A stretch of DNA of 64,000 bases from Escherichia phage T2. This document shows positions 18,709 through 27,245 of this stretch, piece after piece; position 1 is the first letter of the stretch; every line of letters starts with the position of its first letter. A model generated the notes under the pieces. It did no database searches and was not told the origin of the DNA. It saw nothing but the letters and a program-made list of their open reading frames with translations. The position numbers were made by a program, and so were the translations under genes. The stretch lies in the sequence record NC_054931.1; one strand, written 5' to 3'.

Positions 18709-19689
18709 TTATTTCAGAAGAGTAACCTCAGCGATTTCTTCCCAACCGTTTTTGTCGGTCATAATAAAGTCAGCAAGATAAAGAGCAGTACGCAGTGAAA
18801 CATTGCGTAAACGGTTAACATTGACTTTCATCCATGATAATGCTTTATAAGTTTCTTCATCAGAAAGACCGCGCTTTTGCATCATGTCAGTTGAAAGAAT
18901 AACATCTTCAACCCTGACCATAATTTCTTCATTAGTGTGAACACCCAAATCCAAATAAACTGAGCGGGACACTAATGCTTGTAAATGTGGAGCAAGTTTA
19001 GTACCACGGTCTAATTCGCGGTCAATGTCAACGTTTGTGATAAAAACAATCGTTCCTTTAAATTCAAACTCACGCTCAATGCCTTTTTCTTCTAAGTAAG
19101 AAGATGCAGTGCTCCAGCAGACTTTACGGGTCTCTCCAGTGTCCAGAGCAGCTTTCAGAAGATTAAGAATATCCATATCAGAGAAAACATCCACATCATC
19201 AATCAAAAGGACAGAATTCTCTTCACGATTATTCCAGAGCTGTTCATAAAGACCGATACCAGAGATTTTACCGTTAATGCTTTTATATTCAATGTATCCA
19301 ATATCATTTGCTTTATTTAAAGCTTTATCTAAAGAATACGTTTTACCAATACCTGCTGCTCCCGAGATAATTAATGAACGAATGTTTCCGTTAATAATAC
19401 CATTCGTCATCATTCCCATAACATTAAATCTTTTATTAATGCGGGTTTTCATATCTTCATATGATTCTTTAACTTCTTCAACTTTTACACCATCATATGA
19501 AATGTCTGATTTGTAAACCCAAACACCGCGACGTTTACCGTCAATTTCAACAAAAACTTTACCATCTCCTTGTGCATCTACCGGAGCATTATCTGGGAAC
19601 CATTCACCTAAGAGCTCAAAAGTTCCAGAGATTTCTTTACCGAAGTAGATACCCTTATTGATAGTTACAGTTTTCATTTTATTCTCCAA
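18709..19689 (-). CDS. P-loop ATPase (AAA-like)
   Basis: 326-aa ORF with Walker A GAAGIGKT and Walker B LLIDDVD. Confidence 0.65.
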   Translation of the reverse strand: MENKMKTVTINKGIYFGKEISGTFELLGEWFPDNAPVDAQGDGKVFVEIDGKRRGVWVYKSDISYDGVKVEEVKESYEDMKTRINKRFNVMGMMTNGIINGNIRSLIISGAAGIGKTYSLDKALNKANDIGYIEYKSINGKISGIGLYEQLWNNREENSVLLIDDVDVFSDMDILNLLKAALDTGETRKVCWSTASSYLEEKGIEREFEFKGTIVFITNVDIDRELDRGTKLAPHLQALVSRSVYLDLGVHTNEEIMVRVEDVILSTDMMQKRGLSDEETYKALSWMKVNVNRLRNVSLRTALYLADFIMTDKNGWEEIAEVTLLK

Positions 19690-19707
19690 ATCCGTATCAG
19701 TTGATAG

Positions 19708-19741
19708 TTGTATAGTACCATAAAGCTTTATGCTTGTAAAC
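19708..19741 (-). promoter_or_regulatory. T4-type early promoter
   Basis: Forward tgtaaac at 19735-19741, -10 atagta at 19712-19717; upstream ttgtgaaaaattttt. Confidence 0.6.
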
Positions 19742-19761
19742 CATTTTGTGAAAAATTTTTG

Positions 19762-19790
19762 AAATAAAAAAGGGGACCTCTAGGGCCCCC
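19762..19790 (-). terminator. Rho-independent terminator downstream of ORF 19800..20300
   Basis: Hairpin ggggacc-tcta-gggcccc, followed on the minus strand by TTTTTTATTT. Confidence 0.6.
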
Positions 19791-19799
19791 TTTATGCTT

Positions 19800-20300
19800 T
19801 TATTCCATTTCTATTATATGCATGCTCTTTTTGCTATCAAAATATATGTTTTTAACTGTTAACTCCGAATTAATTGGCAATAAAAACTCTCTTTCATAAT
19901 CCACCATACAAAGATTATCATAAAGCTTATTAAGCTTATTATCATCAGTCTGGCTAGATTCTTCAATTGCGATTAAATTTTCTAAAATTTCAATCATAGC
20001 AGTTGAATAGTCAAAAACGTTTGCATTTTTTAACACTATTAAAACATTAGTCATATAGCGTTCTGCTGCAAATGTTTCAGCTATATGAGATTCACTACTA
20101 AAGGAAGTTATTCTTTTAAATTTGATTCTCCTATTAACTTCAAACTTATAAGATAGTACTTCCTCTATTGTAAGTCCTCTAAAAAGTACGTCTTTAATCT
20201 CAAGTTTGTCTTTAATGTAATCATTAACACGCTTATGATTAAAATCATTAATTTTGTTGCCAAGGCATTTCATTAAAATATGCATTGTGTTTCTCTTCAA
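19800..20300 (-). CDS. Hypothetical protein with R / S-x-S / E-x-E motif order (candidate mono-ADP-ribosyltransferase-like)
   Basis: 166-aa ORF (first codon TTG; ATG start MHILMK 5 codons in); motifs VLFRG, TSFSSES, YEREFLL. Confidence 0.3.
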   Translation of the reverse strand: MKRNTMHILMKCLGNKINDFNHKRVNDYIKDKLEIKDVLFRGLTIEEVLSYKFEVNRRIKFKRITSFSSESHIAETFAAERYMTNVLIVLKNANVFDYSTAMIEILENLIAIEESSQTDDNKLNKLYDNLCMVDYEREFLLPINSELTVKNIYFDSKKSMHIIEME

Positions 20301-20329
20301 TTTTTAAAGAACAATTAATTAACTACAAA

Positions 20330-20363
20330 TATATTATAATATGCTTTATGATAGAAGTAAACA
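20330..20363 (-). promoter_or_regulatory. T4-type early promoter
   Basis: Forward agtaaac at 20356-20362, 17-bp spacer, -10 rc TATAAT at 20333-20338. Confidence 0.6.
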
Positions 20364-20382
20364 ACTTTGTGAAAAAATTTTT

Positions 20383-20410
20383 GAAATAAAAGGGGAGCCC
20401 GAAGGCTCCC
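20383..20410 (-). terminator. Rho-independent terminator downstream of ORF 20413..21426
   Basis: Hairpin gggagcc-cgaa-ggctccc; on the minus strand followed by CTTTTATTTC. Confidence 0.6.
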
Positions 20411-20412
20411 TA

Positions 20413-21426
20413 TCATTTATAATAACTTCGGTGGTTTTCAAGATAAACCTTCTCAAGGAAGTCATCCCAGAAACCCATGTCTACTTTTTGCTGCATACCG
20501 TTCTTAGAAGCTTCAGTAGATGCTGCTTCTACTTGATCGACCACATCTTCCAAAAACTCTTGAACCGTTTTAAATGGATGTTTACCCAACTTCACGTCGA
20601 GAATAAATGGAGCGTCTTGAAGTGGATAAACCAAGTCACCAGTTTTGTAAATTTCCAATAGTTGAAGTCCACCACGACAAGCATGGCTCAGAGCTTTCCA
20701 GTCAATGCCTTCGTTGGCTTCGGCCTTACGGGCACGTTCACCATATTCAGCATCTAATTTGTTCAGTGACTGCTTAAGCTCAATAAGAGAAAGCGTTGTC
20801 TGATATTTACGACCCAATACAGTGTAGAACGTTTGTGGGCCTGTTTTCTCATGATTATGGAACACCCATTCACAGAATTCGTTTTCTGGAAGACGATGCT
20901 TAATATCTTCAACTTTAGTACGACGCTGCTTAATAGAACCATCTTCTTGGTAATCAACCCATTGCTCGGGGATTTGATTAACTACTTTCAATACATCACG
21001 TAATGCAGCCAAACGAGAACCCTTGACACCGTATTTAGAAGCTTGCTTACGGACATATCCTAAATATGATTTCATGTTAGTCGTATAAAAACGAGAACGG
21101 TTGTCTTGAATAAACTTCCACACATCAGGCAAATCAGATTTAACCACTAGTTCAGGTTGAGTGTGAAGCATATCTAACGCTACAGTTTCACCATCTGCTG
21201 CTAATTTAAAGAAATATTTAAGACTGTATAGTTCATGGTCAATATCATCTTTAGTGTTTTTAGATGATGTGTTGTTAGTGTTTTTGCTCATGTGCTCTTT
21301 GACATTTCCGATAAGAATATCGCGAGCAGGAGGAACAAAAATTTCTTTAAAATCTACATCAGATTCTGGGGTAGAAGTTCCATAAAGATGACTACCAAAA
21401 TAGCTTTTCATTACTGTTTTCATCAT
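20413..21426 (-). CDS. Nucleotidyltransferase-fold protein (Pol-beta superfamily signature)
   Basis: 337-aa ORF with N-terminal FGSHLYGTSTPESDVDF (G-S ... D-x-D signature). Confidence 0.5.
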   Translation of the reverse strand: MMKTVMKSYFGSHLYGTSTPESDVDFKEIFVPPARDILIGNVKEHMSKNTNNTSSKNTKDDIDHELYSLKYFFKLAADGETVALDMLHTQPELVVKSDLPDVWKFIQDNRSRFYTTNMKSYLGYVRKQASKYGVKGSRLAALRDVLKVVNQIPEQWVDYQEDGSIKQRRTKVEDIKHRLPENEFCEWVFHNHEKTGPQTFYTVLGRKYQTTLSLIELKQSLNKLDAEYGERARKAEANEGIDWKALSHACRGGLQLLEIYKTGDLVYPLQDAPFILDVKLGKHPFKTVQEFLEDVVDQVEAASTEASKNGMQQKVDMGFWDDFLEKVYLENHRSYYK

Positions 21427-21872
21427 TCAGCCTTATATTCAATAACAGGACATACTTTAGCTTTACGAACTTTTAAAAATTCAACGATAATCGATTTCTT
21501 AGGTTGAATAGGAGGTAAACCTTTATACGCCCTATCAATATTTTCTACGTGTAAAGCATAATCCTTTTTCCATTTATAATCTTTATATTTTTCACGCAAA
21601 TGTGCAGGAATAACAAATGAACCGATAATAAGTAAAACAACCAAAAGCGCAAGTATAAATGCCGATGGAAGAAGAGTCCATAAACTACCGAAAATAAGCC
21701 AACGTTGTAGGCTTTCTGCACAAATAATTGTTAGCCCTACGAGTATAGCACACCCAAAAATAGAAACGAAAAATGTAGGAGGCAATAGACCAAAAATATG
21801 CGCATAGTGTCTTAGGTCGTTGCCATTCATCGTTAAACAGTTTGAATAATTTATAGTGCCAAGAGTTTTCAT
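21423..21872 (-). CDS. Hypothetical integral membrane protein
   Basis: 149-aa ORF with two long hydrophobic segments; start overlaps stop of downstream gene. Confidence 0.5.
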   Translation of the reverse strand: MKTLGTINYSNCLTMNGNDLRHYAHIFGLLPPTFFVSIFGCAILVGLTIICAESLQRWLIFGSLWTLLPSAFILALLVVLLIIGSFVIPAHLREKYKDYKWKKDYALHVENIDRAYKGLPPIQPKKSIIVEFLKVRKAKVCPVIEYKAE

Positions 21873-21884
21873 TAATAATCATAA

Positions 21885-22917
21885 TTATCCTTTCATTGAA
21901 GGCGTAACGGTTGTTAAATACTTAATCATAGCTTCAGCTTCTGATTTTGATAATGAAATTTCTCCATTGTTTTGACGAATAGAAATAAAATCCGGATGAC
22001 GGTCACCACCAGCTTTTAAAACACATATAAGTATCAACTTCGCCTTCAATATTTGAAATGATTGAAGCAGTTCCACATGAATGCGGTTTTTGATAAATCA
22101 ATACAGCTTTTCTTCCACCGTTTGACTGTTCATAGGCTTTTAATACATCAAGCAAATCAGTTCTTTTATCAATAGCTAAAATGTTATTTTCATCTTCAAT
22201 GTTAAATCCTTCGGATACTTCATAAAGCGTTACCCATAAATCACCAATGTCAAAACAGCATTTACTTTTCCACGGCTTTCAAGAGTATGACAAATTTTCT
22301 TGATTTCGTCATAACTCATTTTAATAATATCATCTCCTTGACTAAGGAAGATGTCATTTTTAAATTCAACACGAATTAAACCACTTCCACTTGAAATAAA
22401 CATATTTCCTCACTTTGAAATCATAGTTGGAATAACAGAATCAAGATAAGTCTTTAGTGCAATAGCTTCGTCTTTGTTTAATGTAATGATATGCGATCGA
22501 AAATCGTCAATTTGACGAATAGATACTACATCTCCCTCTTCATAGCATTTTGAAACATTTAAAATAGTTTCATCATTCTGATTACAGGAGTTAGTAATAA
22601 TAGCATTACATTTTTAAACCATTTTAAATTATGTTTTCTTTTAGTAGAATCATAAAAATATTTAATGTTAGTTATAAAATTATCCCAATTATTAATTGAT
22701 AAGCACATTGACTCGCTTTTAATATTAAATCCTGGGCATGAAGAATAAAAATGAATTTTATGCTCATCATTAATGCTTACAATTTTATCAGTGTAAGCAT
22801 ATTCAATTTGGGTTAAACGAACAATTTCACTAGGCGTAATATAACATATCATCTTCTTGCGTCAAACGATACATGTTATTTACTTTTTCGATCGCTAATT
22901 CACCAAAAAGCACACTA
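21885..22917 (-). pseudogene. Disrupted region: two tandem related genes each broken by frameshifts at homopolymer runs
   Basis: Protein-like translation continues across three frames; shared C-terminal segment (DVVSIRQIDDF...KTYLDSVIPTM vs DFISIRQNNGE...IKYLTTVTPSM); the middle segment has no start codon. Confidence 0.45.
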
Positions 22918-23099
22918 TCTTCTAATACTAATCGTTTCATATTGATTCTCTTCGACTCACTCATAATTACATACTCCTCTGAATCATATCAATAATGTTA
23001 TTCACCAAATTATAAGTAAACATTGGGTAATTATATTGAATCATCACATACACAACAAACAAAACTTTCATTCTCTTCTCCTTGGCAGTTGACAAGATT

Positions 23100-23129
23100 A
23101 CTATACCATAACCTTGCCAACTTGTAAAC
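23100..23129 (-). promoter_or_regulatory. T4-type early promoter
   Basis: Forward tgtaaac at 23123-23129, 17-bp spacer, -10 rc TATAGT at 23100-23105. Confidence 0.5.
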
Positions 23130-23294
23130 CATTAAATGACGTTTTCGATAAAATTCTGAAGCTTTGTATGAGCATCAACCATGATTTTCATTTCTTCTTT
23201 GGCGAAAGCTATACCTCTTTCACGAGAAGAACATTCATAGTCAGAAACTGCATTAGCATATTCTTCAATTAGCTTCATTAAAAACATCTGTTTT

Positions 23295-23489
23295 TCAGTT
23301 TTCATTATTCCACCTAATCATTTCAAGATATTGAACTAACTTAGCTTTAGATTTATCCAAATCCCTTTTAGCTGCTTCTATACCGTCGTATGAATATCCT
23401 TCACAATGCTCAACTGCTAATTGATATGAATCTATTTCAATATCACGTGCTAATTTAATGATTTTTTCAAACTGTTCACGTGTTAGCAT
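23295..23489 (-). CDS. Hypothetical protein
   Basis: 64-aa ORF. Confidence 0.4.
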   Translation of the reverse strand: MLTREQFEKIIKLARDIEIDSYQLAVEHCEGYSYDGIEAAKRDLDKSKAKLVQYLEMIRWNNEN

Positions 23490-23491
23490 AA

Positions 23492-23710
23492 TTAAACTCT
23501 CGTATTATGATCGATAATTTCATCAAGAAACATATCTAACGCTTCTAAAGCATTATCAACTTTAGCTTCAAGTTCTTCAATACCTGATAAGGCAAAGTTA
23601 ATGCGTTCCTCATCTGCTTTACGAATTAAAGCTACCAATTCCTTAATTTTATCCGCTTGTTCGATACTAATCATTATTCCACCACATATGAAAGAGAGAA
23701 TATTGCACAC
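23492..23710 (-). CDS. Hypothetical protein
   Basis: 72-aa ORF. Confidence 0.4.
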
Positions 23711-23862
23711 GCCATGTGAGTTGCAACTTCATCACACATATTATAACGTTTCTTGAGAAGTTCTACAAGTTCTTCACTAGTAACTTCATCCATGTCGACG
23801 AAAAAATCACCATTAATGATGACGTAGATATTTCCTTCTTGATTAAGTGCTTCAATTTTCAT
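23674..23862 (-). CDS. Hypothetical protein (start at MKIEALN, downstream of the promoter)
   Basis: ORF track 23674..23907; the upstream ATG lies inside the promoter. Confidence 0.4.
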
Positions 23863-23887
23863 GATGTTCTCCTCTTTATCCGATAGT

Positions 23888-23920
23888 TGTATAGTACCAC
23901 AGCTCAAACGGAAAGTAAAC
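23888..23920 (-). promoter_or_regulatory. T4-type early promoter
   Basis: Forward agtaaac at 23914-23920, -10 atagta at 23891-23896. Confidence 0.6.
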
Positions 23921-23925
23921 CGGTA

Positions 23926-23953
23926 AAATGAAAAAAGTCTCCCGAAGGAGACT
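23926..23953 (-). terminator. Rho-independent terminator downstream of ORF 23958..24344
   Basis: Hairpin agtctcc-cgaa-ggagact; on the minus strand followed by TTTTTCATTT. Confidence 0.6.
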
Positions 23954-23957
23954 AATG

Positions 23958-24344
23958 TTATTCGAGGGAAAGAAGATACTTACTCTGGTAAAACATTCCA
24001 GTAATATCATCTATCGTGCTTTGGATGGCTGGAGGCATTTCTTTATAAATGCTGTTAGATTGGTCTAGTATGCGATCAATCATTTTAATTGTGTCGGTAG
24101 GAAGTTTACTGGCATCTGGAATTGAAGGTGTGTATTTTCTACCAGAATACCCCAAATATTGCTCACAAAATTTATCAATCAAATCTGGCAACTCGGAAAA
24201 AATAAAATCGTATGCTTTGTGTCTAGCATAACTTTTAGTTTCAAAATGTGCAGAATGAAAATAAGCTTGTGCAGCCATTAATAAACCTAAGTATTCATCT
24301 GCCTTTGAAGGTTTTCCACTTTGTGAAAAGTCGCTGAATTTCAT
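23958..24344 (-). CDS. Hypothetical protein immediately downstream of rI
   Basis: 128-aa ORF; start overlaps the rI stop. Confidence 0.55.
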
Positions 24345-24634
24345 TCAGTCTCCAATTTAATTTTCATAATTCTAGCGTATGATTGTGCCATCTCCGCGCC
24401 TCGCTCTATACATTCAAAATCAGAAGAGCACGGGTCATTTTTATAGGTCGTTCTCATAAAACTATAGAATTGTTCAGACGATTCTACGCTTTTATTTTCA
24501 AAAAGTGTATAAACGTGCCTAATACCAGATTCCATAAATTTATCAAAATGAGGATCGACATTCGCTTCAATTGATGGAGATAAAACAAATGACAATCCTA
24601 GCATGGCAAATAGTACCGTTGCTTTTAAGGCCAT
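24341..24634 (-). CDS. rI: Lysis inhibition regulator rI (periplasmic antiholin-type protein)
   Basis: 97-aa ORF MALKATVLFAMLGLSFVLSPSIEANVDPHFDKF... with signal-anchor-like N-terminus; matches T4 rI as I recall it. Confidence 0.85.
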   Translation of the reverse strand: MALKATVLFAMLGLSFVLSPSIEANVDPHFDKFMESGIRHVYTLFENKSVESSEQFYSFMRTTYKNDPCSSDFECIERGAEMAQSYARIMKIKLETE

Positions 24635-24646
24635 AAAGGCCTCCTA

Positions 24647-24859
24647 TCATTTTTGTCCTGTATTTACTTTATGCCGATGCACGGCCTTAACTTTATCAAG
24701 GTATTTTTCAAAATTTCGCAATCTAGTATAGTCTGCCGGAGATTGGTTAAGTGATACTTCTCGACGCAAAGCTGAAATGATATTTCCAACTTCCCTACGA
24801 ATTTCATCTAATTGAAGCACAGTAAGATTGCGAAGTTGCTTTTCAGTTAATTGTAGCAT
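24647..24859 (-). CDS. Hypothetical protein
   Basis: 70-aa ORF between tk and rI. Confidence 0.5.
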
Positions 24860-24901
24860 ATATACCCCTTTAGTTAGATAAACCTATTTATAACTTTTGC
24901 A

Positions 24902-25483
24902 CTAACCGAGCTTTTTAGTTAATTCATTCCAATGTTTTCTACACAAAGAAACATAAATTTCATCACCAATACAGATTTGATTACCTTCTTTAACTGGTGT
25001 TCCATCTTCCATTAATCGAGCTGTCATAATCGCTTTTTTACCGCAATGACAAACTGCCTTTAGTTCAATAAGTTTATCTGCAATCGCTAAAAGTTCTTTA
25101 GAACCTTCAAACAATTTTCCAGCGAAATCAGTCCTTAATCCATAAGCCATAACAGGAACATTATATGTATCAACAATTCGGCTCAATTGATGCACCTGTT
25201 CAGTTTTTAAAAACTGAGCTTCATCTACAAATACGCAATGAATATCTTTTTGTGCTTCAGCCCATTTATAGAACTCGAAAATATCCATATCATCTGTAAT
25301 AATATTCGCTTCCTGCTTAATTCCAATGCGAGAAACGACTTCACAGACAGAATCGCGAGTATCAATAGCAGGCTTAAGAACTAATACACTCATTCCACGT
25401 TCTTTATAATTATGTGCAGCAGTCAAAAGAGAAGCAGATTTTCCAGCATTCATTGCTGCATAAGTAAAAATTAAACTCGCCAT
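24902..25483 (-). CDS. tk: Thymidine kinase
   Basis: 193-aa ORF with P-loop AAMNAGKS and C-terminal zinc-binding Cys pairs (CHCGKK ... CRKHW). Confidence 0.9.
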   Translation of the reverse strand: MASLIFTYAAMNAGKSASLLTAAHNYKERGMSVLVLKPAIDTRDSVCEVVSRIGIKQEANIITDDMDIFEFYKWAEAQKDIHCVFVDEAQFLKTEQVHQLSRIVDTYNVPVMAYGLRTDFAGKLFEGSKELLAIADKLIELKAVCHCGKKAIMTARLMEDGTPVKEGNQICIGDEIYVSLCRKHWNELTKKLG

Positions 25484-25484
25484 T

Positions 25485-25673
25485 TTAGTCCTTAGTTAAA
25501 TTTTCTAAATATGTTTCTAAATCATTTTCAGCTTTATCGATAGATTTTACTAATTCGTAATATGTTTCGGCATCTCCATAATCAGAAGATAATTCAAAAG
25601 ACAAATCCTTTTCTAAACTAATAATTTCACCAACTAAAAATAATATTTCGTTCTTTTGTTCGCGAGTAATCAT
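25485..25673 (-). CDS. Hypothetical acidic protein
   Basis: 62-aa ORF. Confidence 0.4.
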   Translation of the reverse strand: MITREQKNEILFLVGEIISLEKDLSFELSSDYGDAETYYELVKSIDKAENDLETYLENLTKD

Positions 25674-25855
25674 AAGGAATTTATATAATTAATAAGTTCT
25701 TGTTCTTTATTATCGAATTCTTTAGAAAGTTCTTCGTACTCGTTTGCGCTAAAAGGACCGCATTCATTACAAACTTTTTCCAATTCACTATTTTTATCCA
25801 TAACTTCGTGGATAAGAGAAAAGAGTTTGTCTTTTTGTTCTTTGCTTAAACTCAT
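25670..25855 (-). CDS. Hypothetical acidic protein
   Basis: 61-aa ORF. Confidence 0.4.
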   Translation of the reverse strand: MSLSKEQKDKLFSLIHEVMDKNSELEKVCNECGPFSANEYEELSKEFDNKEQELINYINSL

Positions 25856-26021
25856 ATATTAATTTCCAGAAGTTTTAAAATAATTCGCTTTTGCTTAAAT
25901 ATTTCCACAGTTAAATGATCAGTATCTTTTTGACCAATTCCAATGGCAAAACCTTTATTAACAGCGAGTTCAATTAAATTATCAAGTTCACGTAACACTT
26001 CATATTGTAACTCAGAACTAT

Positions 26022-26234
26022 TCATTTCGGTTTACCTTCTTTAACGAAATCTGGATAAGGATAAAATCCCGAATAAAATCCTTCACCTTTATGATTGATG
26101 CATCCTTTATTAGAACAATAGCACCAATAATCGAAATCACAAACCATTTCATCGTTGCATAAAGCAAAAACAACCGGCCATTTACACTTTTCGCAGTGGG
26201 CATTTTTAAGAATACTAGTTTGGCTCATAACCAT
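26022..26234 (-). CDS. Hypothetical Cys-rich small protein
   Basis: 70-aa ORF with multiple Cys (CEKCKW...CNDEMVCDFDYWCYCSNKGCINH). Confidence 0.4.
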   Translation of the reverse strand: MVMSQTSILKNAHCEKCKWPVVFALCNDEMVCDFDYWCYCSNKGCINHKGEGFYSGFYPYPDFVKEGKPK

Positions 26235-26452
26235 GTCACCTTTAAGCAGTATTCTTCTACATGCTGTTTACGACCTTTCTTATCAATAAAGGTATATTCA
26301 ACGAATGTTCCAATGTAGTCTTTATCTACATCATGTGGACTATTAATTGGGCATTTAGTACGACAAATGCGTTCCCATTGACGAATAATTACTGCCTTAT
26401 TATTTGGGTCATATGGATGTGGATAATGTATATTCATAATAATGGTTCCCAA
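26225..26452 (-). CDS. Hypothetical protein
   Basis: 75-aa ORF. Confidence 0.4.
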   Translation of the reverse strand: MGTIIMNIHYPHPYDPNNKAVIIRQWERICRTKCPINSPHDVDKDYIGTFVEYTFIDKKGRKQHVEEYCLKVTWL

Positions 26453-26901
26453 TCAACAATCACAATTTCTAATTTAGAGGAATATGTATCTAAAATCCCC
26501 TCAATAATATCCCAGTTCCCTTTACCTATGCCTGCGCCAATCCTAGGCATATAGATTGTAGGTTTAATCAGTTTATTTTCACCAAACTCATTTAATTCTA
26601 ACATACAATTCATTAAAGCGGAATACTCAAAATTTGGCCCTGGTTGAAATTGAGTATAAAGATTAAAGCAGTAAGCTTTATGAGTCCTAAAGTATTTTTC
26701 ATAGACTGAGTAAGAACCGAGTTTAGTTACATCACCCCATTCAGTCTGTAATTTATCAGCTTCCAAAATTTTAGGGAAAGCTTTGGTTAATTGACCCGCT
26801 ACGCCTGAACCCATAGTATGAAAACAATTACATCCATGCGCAATATTTTTACCTTCAGCGAAAAGGGCGACAATATCGCCCTTGATATATTTTACAATCA
26901 T
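26434..26901 (-). CDS. Macro-domain-like protein (candidate ADP-ribose-binding/hydrolase)
   Basis: 155-aa ORF; N-terminal IKGDIV and Gly-rich HGCNCFHTMGSGVAGQL resemble the macro-domain GDIT/GGGV motifs. Confidence 0.4.
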   Translation of the reverse strand: MIVKYIKGDIVALFAEGKNIAHGCNCFHTMGSGVAGQLTKAFPKILEADKLQTEWGDVTKLGSYSVYEKYFRTHKAYCFNLYTQFQPGPNFEYSALMNCMLELNEFGENKLIKPTIYMPRIGAGIGKGNWDIIEGILDTYSSKLEIVIVDWEPLL

Positions 26902-27245
26902 CTAGTACTCAATCCTCGATTATAAGAATCTACCAAACGGTCAACCATTGAATGACAAGCGGCTTTATCTTTCTCCTCCGCAACTGAACATTCTAAGGTA
27001 TTCCACTTTTTAGCATATCGTTTTAATAATGTATCGTTTTTGTATCTGCTTGATTTATCTCTTTCTCCGTCTTTATATGCATATATTAATTTCTGAGCAA
27101 ATTCCGCCTGGCATGCTTTATTTTTCCCACAATAATCTGCCGCAGTGCGGTTTACATATTCTCTAATTTCAGTATATGATGTATCTGCTGACGCAGAAGC
27201 AGAAAATGAAATTAATCCTATACATAAAACCAAAATTTTAGTCAT
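26898..27245 (-). CDS. Hypothetical secreted/periplasmic protein
   Basis: 115-aa ORF with signal-peptide-like N-terminus MTKILVLCIGLISFSASASA. Confidence 0.5.
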   Translation of the reverse strand: MTKILVLCIGLISFSASASADTSYTEIREYVNRTAADYCGKNKACQAEFAQKLIYAYKDGERDKSSRYKNDTLLKRYAKKWNTLECSVAEEKDKAACHSMVDRLVDSYNRGLSTR

